NCBI GenBank assembly: GCA_036336835.1
Contig: JAYZFK010000043.1
Location: 1 to 50,136 of the forward strand
DNA length: 50,136 nt
Reading direction: 5' to 3'
Source: Myxococcota bacterium
GTDB taxonomy: Bacteria; Myxococcota_A; UBA9160; UBA4427
Part shown: in pieces, positions 26,841-35,451 of the stretch
Layout: each line of letters opens with the position of its first letter
Numbering within the stretch: position 1 is the stretch's first letter
Made by a program: the position numbers and the translations under genes
Notes under the pieces: model-generated
The model's input: the letters and a program-made list of their open reading frames with translations, nothing else
The model's database searches: none
Told to the model about the DNA's origin: nothing

Positions 26841-28355
26841 TCAAAGCAGATCCCAGACGACGTACTCGCTGCCGCGACGCGCCCAGAATTCGTGTCCGCC
26901 GTAGCGCACCGGACGGTACTGATCGCGGAAGGCTCGCGGCGGCGGGACGGCACTGAAGTCGGGGCGATACAGCTCGAAGCTGATCTCGATCGCCTCCTTG
27001 TTGTGGCCTGGCCAGTCGCGCCAGCAACGAGCCTCGTCCGGCCGACCCGTCACCGGCAGCCGCGCCACGACTGGATCCAGCTTGCCCAACAGGTCGACAC
27101 CTCCACGGTGCGAGAAGTAGACGACCGAGCCCGCGGAGCACACGGCCATGCGCGCCCCCGGTAGCGAGACGTCCCCGTAGGCCCGGCCGAAGCTCCGCCA
27201 GCCACGCGACCACTTCTGTGGCTCGGCGCCGATCTCGAAGTTCACCAGGCGCCGATCGAGCACCTTGCGGTCGGCATCGGTCGCGACCGCGGGAGCGAGC
27301 AATACCAGCAACGTGAGCCCGACCGCTGCCGCGCGTCGCGTCGGCGTCGTGCGGAGCGCCCCGAGCGACGCGCTCAGTCCGACCAGCAGCAGCGGCAGGT
27401 ACGGCGCGGTGAAGCGGTCCCAGCCCGCTCGGCGCGGCATGAAATCGCCGCCCAGATAGGTGCTGTAGCTCAGTCCGACGACGAAGACGGCAACGCAGCC
27501 GAGCGCGAAGCCCTGTTGCGCCCCCGCCCCCACCGCGCGCTCGCGCCGTGCGGCGAGCCCGACCATGCCGAGCAGCAACAGGGCGCTCGGCCACGCCCAG
27601 GCGTTCTGCACGAGACCTCGTGCGACGCGATCGACGATCGGCCAGCCGACGGTCTTCAGGTACACGGTGTTGGGCAGCCACTCGCCGAAGAAGCTCCATC
27701 TCGCGGCAAACAGCAGCGCGGCCAGCGACGCCCCGACCAGCAGCGCTCGCGGCACTCGCGGATCGCCGCGCAGCCGCGCCCCCAGCCACGCTCCCGGAAG
27801 CGCGGCCATTATCAGGAAGTCCATGCGGGTCCAGAAGCCCAGACCAACCCACAGCGCGAAGTGCATCGGCTGCTCGCGGCGGGCGGCGTCCAATGCCAGC
27901 ACGCCGAGCAGCGCGATCAGCACCACCTCGAAGCCCTCGGCCGCAAAGTACGGCAGCGCCGCGCCGCCAAGCGAGAAGACGGCCAGGATCCACCAGCGCC
28001 CGAACGACAGCCCGGCGAGCAACCGCGCGCACGCCCCCGCCAACGCGACGAACAGGCCCAGGTTGACCGCGAGCACCAGCCCACCCAACCGGTCGTCGCT
28101 GAAGCCGGGCAGCCAGTGCAGCAGCGCCAGGACACCGACCCACAGAGGATTCGAGAACCCCTCGACCCGGGGCGCATCCGGGAACCAGACGGGCCCGTAG
28201 CCCTCGATCAGGCTGCGAGCGGCGCAGGCGGAGATGTAGACGTCGTCCGACATCCCCCAGGCGTCCTCGGACACGAAAGCGCGGTAGAACCGAGCGGCGA
28301 GCAGACACCAGATGCCTGCGACGACGATCCAGGCTTGCCGCGGGCCGAAACGCAT
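26841..28355 (-). CDS. GT-C fold membrane glycosyltransferase (AftB/arabinofuranosyltransferase-like)
   Basis: DDVYIS..ARSL..G.GPVW....RVEGFSNPLW, TR.D, FG..LPNT.Y.K, GGDFM...RF, DLLG.LD...A, PGH.K; multiple TM helices; GAGGAG RBS before ATG 28355. Confidence 0.7.
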   Translation of the reverse strand: MRFGPRQAWIVVAGIWCLLAARFYRAFVSEDAWGMSDDVYISACAARSLIEGYGPVWFPDAPRVEGFSNPLWVGVLALLHWLPGFSDDRLGGLVLAVNLGLFVALAGACARLLAGLSFGRWWILAVFSLGGAALPYFAAEGFEVVLIALLGVLALDAARREQPMHFALWVGLGFWTRMDFLIMAALPGAWLGARLRGDPRVPRALLVGASLAALLFAARWSFFGEWLPNTVYLKTVGWPIVDRVARGLVQNAWAWPSALLLLGMVGLAARRERAVGAGAQQGFALGCVAVFVVGLSYSTYLGGDFMPRRAGWDRFTAPYLPLLLVGLSASLGALRTTPTRRAAAVGLTLLVLLAPAVATDADRKVLDRRLVNFEIGAEPQKWSRGWRSFGRAYGDVSLPGARMAVCSAGSVVYFSHRGGVDLLGKLDPVVARLPVTGRPDEARCWRDWPGHNKEAIEISFELYRPDFSAVPPPRAFRDQYRPVRYGGHEFWARRGSEYVVWDLL

Positions 28356-28498
28356 CAAGGGTCTCCTCGTTCGGCGGCGCGCGGCCAGGCGTCCCGCCCT
28401 GCGACCACACTCGCGGTCGAGGCGGGCTCCCCGACGTCCGTCTCTTCGAACATGGTATAAGGACCGCAATCCGGGGGCGAACTACAAGGAGACTGTCC

Positions 28499-29152
28499 AT
28501 GAAGCCGAGCCATCTGCTGGCAGCCATGGTCCTGCTCGGTTGCGCATCACTCGCGTCGACGGCAACGGCTGAGAAATCGCTGAATCTGTACATGGGAACG
28601 TCGTTCACCGCCGACTCGACGCTCGACGGGACGGTCGGCGGACTGCCCGCAGCCGCACGCGAGGTCTCGTGGGACAACTCGATCGAGGCCGGAATCCGTG
28701 CCAGCTACTGGCTCGAGGGGGGCTGGAACTGGCTCGGGGTCGCCCTGGATGTCAGCTACTTCCGGCCCGATGTCTCGAGCTCGTCGGGCGCTCCGGTCTC
28801 TGCGCTGGGGAGCCTTCACGTGATCCCCGTGTCGCCGCTGCTGATGGTCCGGGCGCCTCTGTTCGTCAGCGAGCGCTACACCAACGGCCGGATCCAGCCG
28901 TACATCGGTGCCGGCGCCGGCTTCGTCACTTCGGTTGCGACCAGTGCCGGGAGCAGCCGCCGCGAGACTGACTTCGACTTCGGCGTCGATGCCCGCCTGG
29001 GCCTGTCCATCCTGGTCAGGCCGCGCTTCGGGATCTTTCTCGAATACCGCTACACGGACGTGGTCGTGCACAACCGCGACGTGTTCGGCGACAGGATCAA
29101 GACGACCCTCGAGTCCGACCACCTGAACGCCGGGGTCAGTCTTCGGTTCTAG
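28499..29152 (+). CDS. Outer membrane beta-barrel protein
   Basis: Signal peptide, amphipathic strands, QPYIGAGAG, FLEYRYT, terminal Phe (SLRF); AGGAG RBS. Confidence 0.85.
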   Translation: MKPSHLLAAMVLLGCASLASTATAEKSLNLYMGTSFTADSTLDGTVGGLPAAAREVSWDNSIEAGIRASYWLEGGWNWLGVALDVSYFRPDVSSSSGAPVSALGSLHVIPVSPLLMVRAPLFVSERYTNGRIQPYIGAGAGFVTSVATSAGSSRRETDFDFGVDARLGLSILVRPRFGIFLEYRYTDVVVHNRDVFGDRIKTTLESDHLNAGVSLRF

Positions 29153-29972
29153 CCGATCCCGCGACGCGGACGTGGAACATCACGCGCAGCTGGGTCTCGT
29201 CGAAACCCTGTGCTCTGTGCAGCATGTTGCGGTTGTCCCAGAGCAACACGTCTCCGGCGCGCCAGCGGTGGCGGTAGACGCGGTCGGGCCGCGTGCACAG
29301 CGCGAGCAGGCGCTCGATCAAGACGCGGCCCTCGGCAGCGGGCCAGCCTTCGACGGCGTACGCGTGATCCGACAGATACAAGCCGCGCTCACCCGTCTCG
29401 GGATGGCGGCGCACCAGCGCGTGCGTCACCGGCGGACTCGTGAATGACCCCGGCGGCCGCGCACCGAGACGCTCCCAGGATCGGGCGTAGTTGTGGACCA
29501 GCCGGAGCGGCTCGAACTCGGCCTGTTCGCGCTCGCTCAGCGCGAGCCAGCCCTCACGCAGGCTCGCGTACCAGGTGTCGCCGCCCTCGGCGGGGACGAT
29601 CTCGGCCCGGAACACGGAGATCGTCGACGGGACTTCGCGGAACGAGCTGTCGGTATGCCACTGCTCGTTGACGGCGAGGCTCAGCATCGAGGGGTCGCTG
29701 CGCGGCAGCACGCCACCGTCCGCCCCCCGGTTGGAGATCGGGATCAGCTCGGGATGCTCGGCGCCCATGTCCCGCCCCAGCGACTCCAGCTCGCCGAAGC
29801 GGCCGGCCAGCGCCACGTGCTGCGCGTCGTCGAGCGCCTGCCTTCTCACGACGATCACTCCGTACTCGAGCAAGGCGGCGCGAAGCGAAGGAAACGTGTC
29901 GTCGTCGAGCGCGCGGAGGTCGAGCTCGTGAATCTCGGCACCGATCGGCGTGAGCGGTTCGATGGCGAGCAC
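29136..29972 (-). CDS. TauD/TfdA family Fe(II)/2-oxoglutarate dioxygenase
   Basis: WHTDSSF (HxD), GGDT, H.LVRRHPETG, HRWRAGDVLLWDNRNMLHR. Confidence 0.93.
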   Translation of the reverse strand: MLAIEPLTPIGAEIHELDLRALDDDTFPSLRAALLEYGVIVVRRQALDDAQHVALAGRFGELESLGRDMGAEHPELIPISNRGADGGVLPRSDPSMLSLAVNEQWHTDSSFREVPSTISVFRAEIVPAEGGDTWYASLREGWLALSEREQAEFEPLRLVHNYARSWERLGARPPGSFTSPPVTHALVRRHPETGERGLYLSDHAYAVEGWPAAEGRVLIERLLALCTRPDRVYRHRWRAGDVLLWDNRNMLHRAQGFDETQLRVMFHVRVAGSARTED

Positions 29973-29981
29973 GCTGGCGCC

Positions 29982-31634
29982 TCATCCACGGTGGGGTCCG
30001 TCCTCGGCCGCCAGGACCTCTTCGGCGGTGCGCCGCGCCCACCGGTAGTCGGGCTTGCCGCTCGGTGCCCGTTCGATCGCTGCCACGTAGACGAAGACCT
30101 TGGGCAGCTTGTACGCCGCGATGTGCTGGCGTGCCACGTCGCGCAGCGCCTCGTCCCGCGGTCTCTCGGATCCGCGGAGCTGGATCAGTGCCGTGACGCG
30201 CTGACCCCAGCGCTCACTCGGCGTCCCGACGACCAGGGCATCGTATACCGACGCGTGGTGTTTGAGCGCCTGCTCGACCTCCTCGGCAAAGATCTTCTCG
30301 CCTCCGCTGTTGATCGTCGCCGAATCGCGTCCGAGTAGCGTGAGACTGCCGTCGGCTTCGTGGCGCGCCCGGTCACCGGGTACCGCATAGCGAGTTCCAT
30401 CCACGACCGGGAAGGTGCTCGCCGTCTTCTCTGGATCGCCGAGATAGCCCAGCGGCGCCACGCCCGACTTCGCGAGCCAGCCGCTCCCCTCGTGACCCGG
30501 TGCCAGCACGTGGCCGAGATCCTCGGCGAGCACGACGTTGTCGGCCGCAAGATCGAAACGCACAGCCAGAGATCCCGTCTTCGCCGACGCGCTCCGCTGA
30601 GCCTGGAAGCCCGACTCGGACGAGCCCAGGTTGTCGAGGATCTTGAGCTGCGGCAGCCGGTCGAGGAACTCGCGCTTGAGCTCTGCGCTGAAGATCGCTC
30701 CGCCCGACGTCAACAGGCGCAGACTCGACAGGTCATAGTCGCTGACGTTCAGCCGGTCGAGCAACGGCCGCGCGAAAGCGTCCCCCACGATCGTCGTCGC
30801 CGTCACACGCTCGCGTTCGATCGTTGACCAGATGTCATCGGGATCGAGCCGCCTGGGCTCCGACTGCACGACGATCGTGGCCCCGATGTGCCACATACTG
30901 AACGCGGACCAATGCGCCGCGCCGTGCATGAAGGGAGGCATCGGCAGACCGCGGAAGGGCGGGGCGCGCTTTCGCGCGCGCATTGCCAGCGCCTCGAGCG
31001 TCCCGGGCGGGACGCCCGTGTACAGCGCGGCCCGGAAGATATCGGCCTGCCGCCACAGCACGCCCTTGGGCATCCCCGTGGTTCCGCCGGTGTAGAGGAT
31101 GTAGAGATCATCGGCTGAGAGCCCGGTGGGTGCGACGGGCTCCGCCTGTCGCAGTGCCTGCTCGTAGTCGAGTGCCCCGGGGAGCAGTGCGTGGCCCGAC
31201 TCGTCCGCAACCTGGAGCCACAGGCGCACGTCGGGCAGCCGCGGCCGCAGCGCCGCCAGCACCGGCGCGAACGTCGCGTGATACACGACTGCCTTCGCGC
31301 GCGCATTGCCGAACAGGTAGAGCAGCTCCTCCTCGACATAGCGATAGTTGACGTTGAAAGGGGCGCAGCGAGCCTTGAACGCGCCGAGCATTCCCTCGAG
31401 ATACTCGTTGCCGTTGTACAGATAGAGCGCGACGTGGTCCTGCCCCGACTCCCAGAACTCGAGACCCGCTCGCTCGCGCTGGCAGCCCAACCCGTGCGCA
31501 CGGAGCACGTCCGCCAGGCGGCGGGTCCGATCGGTCGTCTGCTGCCAGCTGAAGCGGCGCTCTCGGAACACGATGCATTCGCGCTCGGGCACCGCCGCCG
31601 CGATGGCCTCGTGGATCAGCGCAAGGTTCCACAT
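29982..31634 (-). CDS. Acyl-CoA synthetase (FadD19-like AMP-binding enzyme)
   Basis: NVNYRYVEEEL, YTGGTTGMPKGVLWRQ.D, IVGDAFARP, GSSESG, PGDRA, INSGGEKIFAEEVE, R.PSGKPDY; start at ATG 31634. Confidence 0.93.
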   Translation of the reverse strand: MWNLALIHEAIAAAVPERECIVFRERRFSWQQTTDRTRRLADVLRAHGLGCQRERAGLEFWESGQDHVALYLYNGNEYLEGMLGAFKARCAPFNVNYRYVEEELLYLFGNARAKAVVYHATFAPVLAALRPRLPDVRLWLQVADESGHALLPGALDYEQALRQAEPVAPTGLSADDLYILYTGGTTGMPKGVLWRQADIFRAALYTGVPPGTLEALAMRARKRAPPFRGLPMPPFMHGAAHWSAFSMWHIGATIVVQSEPRRLDPDDIWSTIERERVTATTIVGDAFARPLLDRLNVSDYDLSSLRLLTSGGAIFSAELKREFLDRLPQLKILDNLGSSESGFQAQRSASAKTGSLAVRFDLAADNVVLAEDLGHVLAPGHEGSGWLAKSGVAPLGYLGDPEKTASTFPVVDGTRYAVPGDRARHEADGSLTLLGRDSATINSGGEKIFAEEVEQALKHHASVYDALVVGTPSERWGQRVTALIQLRGSERPRDEALRDVARQHIAAYKLPKVFVYVAAIERAPSGKPDYRWARRTAEEVLAAEDGPHRG

Positions 31635-31788
31635 CTTCGGTTGCCGAGACTCCTGTCCGCAGCATACCAGCCTGCACGGTGCCACCACGGACACCGGGTT
31701 GCGGCCGCGAAGCCCGCCCGGTCGGCTCAGACCCAATGCGCGGCGCGGCCCGCGCGCTCGGGCGGCGAGCGCACTACGATACCGCCGC

Positions 31789-33285
31789 GTGTCGAACCCC
31801 GAAGACGAATCCAGCGATACGCCTCAGGAACCGCCCGACCGGCTCGGGCGCCGATTTCTGGTCGGCACCTTTCAGCTCGGCGTTGGCACCACTGCGGCCG
31901 CGCTGGCCAATGTCGCGATCGGCATACTGCTCGCGCGCATCCTGGGTCCCGAGGAGTTCGGGCTCTTCGCTTTCGCATTCGTGATCTGCGAGCTGATCGG
32001 GATCGTCGGCGCCTTTTCGCTCGGCAACGCACTGATCCAGAGCCGCGACGAATCGCCCGAGCTCTACGACACGGCCCTGGTGATGTCGCTCGGGCTGGCG
32101 ATCGTCTCGCTGCTGATCGCCGCGGCGATCGCGCCCTTCTTGTTCCGGGCGCGCGGCAGCGAAGCGATGCAATTCCTGTTGATCCTGACTGCCGGCCGCT
32201 CGCTGGTCCTGCTGGCGCAGGTACCGCGCGCAAAGCTCGAACGCTCGCTTCGCTACGGCCGAGTGACCACGCTCACGATGCTCGAGACGACGCTGCCGAA
32301 CGTGATCGCGCTCGGCCTCGCCTGGCTCGGGTGGGGCGCCTGGGCCCTGGTCGCGCGCGACCTGCTGGTGAGTGCGCTCACCCTGAGCCTCGAGACATGG
32401 AGCTCGGGCTACCGCTTCCGGGCCTCGCTCTCGCGCCCGGCGGCGCAGCAGCTGATGACCTTCGCGCGCCCGATGTTCGTCTCGCGCGCAATCGAGATCC
32501 TGGTGATGCGGTCCGACAAGCTCGCGGTCGGAGCCTTCCTCGGCAACGTCGCAATCGGCCTGATCGACCGGGCGCGCTTCGTCGCCGACATAGGCCTGTT
32601 CGTCATGCGACCCGTCGAGCGCGCAAGCCTGAATCTCTTCTCCCGAGTTCAGGACGACCTCACCCGCCTCTCACGCGCCTACGAGATCGTGAACTACTTC
32701 CTCGTGCGGGCCATGTTCGCAGGCGGCTGCGTGCTGCTGCTGACGCCGAGCGAAACGCTCGAGCTGCTGTTCGGCAAGGAGTGGATCGGCGCGGCCCCGG
32801 CGCTGCGCTGGCTCGCGGTGCACGCCGCCGTCTTCCCCGTCTTCTCGATGATCAAGGTGCTCGTGATCGCTCGGAATCGAGTCGTGCGACTCGCGCGGAT
32901 CTCGGCGATCCAGGCTGCACTGCTGATCCCGGGGACGCTGATCGCGGCCTGGCTCGGGAGCTTCGAGGGAGTCGCCGTCGTCGTCGCCCTGACCACGCTT
33001 TCGGGAACCGCGCTCGGGATCCTCTGGAGCCGCGACCTCGCTTCGGTGTCGTACCGACAGCTGTTCGGCGTCCCGCTGGCGGCGGGTGTCCTGTCTGCGG
33101 GAATGCTCTTCGCGATCGTGCTCACAGACGCCAACCAATTCGTTCCCCCGCTCGCGCGGCCGTTCGCAGTCGGCGGTGCCTTCGTCGCCTTGGTCCTGGC
33201 AATGGAGCCACGGCGGATTCGCCGGGAACTCGGGTACCTGCGTACGCAGCTCGCGCTCGACGACTCGGCCAAGCCCGCTAGCTGA
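31789..33285 (+). CDS. Oligosaccharide flippase (Wzx/MOP family)
   Basis: ILLARILGPEEFG, G.ALIQ, G.GAWALV, DKLAVGAFLG..A.G, LLFG.EW..A.P.LRWL; about 12 or more TM helices. Confidence 0.88.
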   Translation: MSNPEDESSDTPQEPPDRLGRRFLVGTFQLGVGTTAAALANVAIGILLARILGPEEFGLFAFAFVICELIGIVGAFSLGNALIQSRDESPELYDTALVMSLGLAIVSLLIAAAIAPFLFRARGSEAMQFLLILTAGRSLVLLAQVPRAKLERSLRYGRVTTLTMLETTLPNVIALGLAWLGWGAWALVARDLLVSALTLSLETWSSGYRFRASLSRPAAQQLMTFARPMFVSRAIEILVMRSDKLAVGAFLGNVAIGLIDRARFVADIGLFVMRPVERASLNLFSRVQDDLTRLSRAYEIVNYFLVRAMFAGGCVLLLTPSETLELLFGKEWIGAAPALRWLAVHAAVFPVFSMIKVLVIARNRVVRLARISAIQAALLIPGTLIAAWLGSFEGVAVVVALTTLSGTALGILWSRDLASVSYRQLFGVPLAAGVLSAGMLFAIVLTDANQFVPPLARPFAVGGAFVALVLAMEPRRIRRELGYLRTQLALDDSAKPAS

Positions 33286-33315
33286 AGCCCTGTCCCCCCC
33301 CAGCTCCGGCGGGCG

Positions 33316-34218
33316 TCAGAAGATGGCGCACAGGCCGATGACGGCCCGCATCGCATCGATCGTCGAGGTCACACGCGCCGCCGGCCCATCGGCCGACAGC
33401 GCCTCGAAGCCGCCGTCTGCCGCCTGCTCGGCGAGCAGGCGCTCGAGCAGCTCTTCGGGCGCAAAGCTGGCCCCGGGCAGCGCCCCCACCTGGCAGGCGA
33501 GCAGCAGCTGCATCACCGACAGGGCCTCGAACCCGTGCGCCCGAAACTCGCGCTCGAGCTCGCGCCCACACCACTGAAGCGCGCCGTCGGCGCCTTCGTC
33601 GGGAACATTCGAGTAGTACATGGCAAACGCCGCGCGCTCGGCTGCATGCCCCTGCGCCACCCGCTCGGGAGTGAAGCGCTCGCCGAGCCAGCTACCCGCA
33701 TCGACCAATCCCTCCGGCCGCGCATAGCGCGAGCGACCAAGACTTCCCGCGCTGATGCCGGTGACCACGACGGCCGACGAGTCGTCGGTCGCGCTGGCCG
33801 CGCGACTACCGAAGCTTCCATCGGGCTGCTGCGCGGCCTCGACGAAACGAACTGCGGCCTCCGCGCAGTGCGCGTCGGTCTGGTGTGAGTCGGCGAGCAG
33901 CGCCAGGGCCTCGAGCGTTCCGCGCAGCCGCGGATCGGCCCCGTGCGCCTCGAGCTCGCGGCCGATCCAGCCGCGACACGGCGCGTCGAAGGGACCGTAG
34001 GAGCCGTCGTCGGCTTGAAGAGCCGCGAGTCTTTCGACGAGGTCGCCGACGGGCTCGGCCCGGAGCGCCACGTGGGAGGACAGCAGCGACAGAGCGTCGC
34101 CGTGCTCACGCACGAAGCCGAGGGCGCGCTCGAGCGCAGCTGCTCCCTGCTGTTTGAGCCGCGTGGCGTCCGCCGGGCCGTGGCCCGCGCCGATGAAGAC
34201 GACGCCGTCGCCGCTCAT
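33316..34218 (-). CDS. Hypothetical protein with prenyltransferase/squalene-cyclase-like QW repeats
   Basis: Three Q..DG[SG][YF] motifs (LQADDGSY, AQQPDGSF, EQAADGGF) in a helical protein; ATGA overlap with the upstream methyltransferase. Confidence 0.6.
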   Translation of the reverse strand: MSGDGVVFIGAGHGPADATRLKQQGAAALERALGFVREHGDALSLLSSHVALRAEPVGDLVERLAALQADDGSYGPFDAPCRGWIGRELEAHGADPRLRGTLEALALLADSHQTDAHCAEAAVRFVEAAQQPDGSFGSRAASATDDSSAVVVTGISAGSLGRSRYARPEGLVDAGSWLGERFTPERVAQGHAAERAAFAMYYSNVPDEGADGALQWCGRELEREFRAHGFEALSVMQLLLACQVGALPGASFAPEELLERLLAEQAADGGFEALSADGPAARVTSTIDAMRAVIGLCAIF

Positions 34219-35393
34219 CGCTGCGGCACGACCCGGGTCAGCAACCCGGTCAGCGCGCGCCCTTCCGGATGATCGAGCGATACGGGGTGATCGGGGGCAG
34301 CGCCGATCTCCTCGAGCACCTGCAGGCTGCGCCCGGCATCGAGCGATGCGCCGAACACGACCTTGCGGAGCAGCTCGGGGTCCAGGTGATGCGAACCCCC
34401 AAAGAACAGCCCCAGTGCTCCGGGTGCCGCGCGCCGCAACGAGTGGAGCACCACGTCCTTGTAGGCCCGCGTCGCCTTGCGGAGATCACGCCTGGCGCGC
34501 GCGAGCGGCGGTGGATCGATCACGATCAGATCGAACAGGTCCTCACAGCCGCGCACGAACTGGAAGGCATCCGCTCGCAAGACCGCCGGGACGATCGGGG
34601 CGCCCGTGCGCTCGATGTTCTCGCGCGCGAGGCGCAGCGCGGTCTCCGACGAGTCGACTGCGGTGACCGAGCGTGCACCGCCATGCACTGCCGCAACAGA
34701 GAAACCGCCCGAATAACAGAACAGGTCGAGCACGCGCCGCCCCTGCGCGAGCGCCTGGACGCGATCACGCGCAGTGCGCCGATCGAGATAGAAACCCGTC
34801 CTCTGCCCACCCCGAAGATCGACGACGTACTCGCGCTCCCGTTCGCGCAGCACGACGCGCTCCGCCGGCTCGCCCCACAACGGCACACTGCGCGCCGCGA
34901 AACCCTCGCGCCGCGCGGCAGCAGGGTGGGCGCGCTCGAGGCCGCTGTCGGTCCCCACATGAGCGCGAAGCGCATCGCTCCACAGCGGGCGCACCCGATC
35001 CATGCCAGCACTCGCGACCCCCGCCACCAGCACATCGCCGTAGCGGTCGACGACCAGCCCCGGCAGGCCGTCGCCCTCCGCATTGACCAGTCGCACGCCG
35101 TCGGTCTCGCCACATAGCTCTGGCGTACGCAGCGCGCTCGCGCGGGCTATCGCCTCGGCGATCAGCTCGGCCTCATCGACGGGCTCCTTGCCGAACGAGA
35201 TCATCCTCACCCGCACGCTCGATCGCGGTGAGACGTGGCCGTAGCCGAGAACCTCGCCGTCGTTCGACAGCACGCGGGCGAGGGCACCCGGTGCCTCGTC
35301 GCCCAGGATGCGCGCAACCGCACCCGACATCAGCCACGGGTGACGGCGTCGTACGGACCGATCGCGGCCGCGGTCGAGGATCACGTCCAGCAT
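34215..35393 (-). CDS. RlmI-like class I SAM-dependent rRNA methyltransferase (catalytic Cys apparently absent)
   Basis: PUA-like [54 protein letters not shown]. Confidence 0.88.
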   Translation of the reverse strand: MLDVILDRGRDRSVRRRHPWLMSGAVARILGDEAPGALARVLSNDGEVLGYGHVSPRSSVRVRMISFGKEPVDEAELIAEAIARASALRTPELCGETDGVRLVNAEGDGLPGLVVDRYGDVLVAGVASAGMDRVRPLWSDALRAHVGTDSGLERAHPAAARREGFAARSVPLWGEPAERVVLREREREYVVDLRGGQRTGFYLDRRTARDRVQALAQGRRVLDLFCYSGGFSVAAVHGGARSVTAVDSSETALRLARENIERTGAPIVPAVLRADAFQFVRGCEDLFDLIVIDPPPLARARRDLRKATRAYKDVVLHSLRRAAPGALGLFFGGSHHLDPELLRKVVFGASLDAGRSLQVLEEIGAAPDHPVSLDHPEGRALTGLLTRVVPQR

Positions 35394-35451
35394 CCGAACA
35401 ACGATCCCCGATCGCAGTCGGCAGGACAACTGCGGCTACACTCGCGCACCC

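Noticed and set aside
28446..28459. Near match to the KstR operator (TnnAACnnGTTnnA)
   Set aside because: One mismatch, a single occurrence and no TetR gene in the window; better explained as an extended -10 (TGGTATAA).
34393..34404. 12-nt match (CTTTGGGGGTTC, minus strand) between the RlmI-like gene and the tRNA-Pro anticodon arm
   Set aside because: Short, low-complexity and inside a coding region; consistent with chance.
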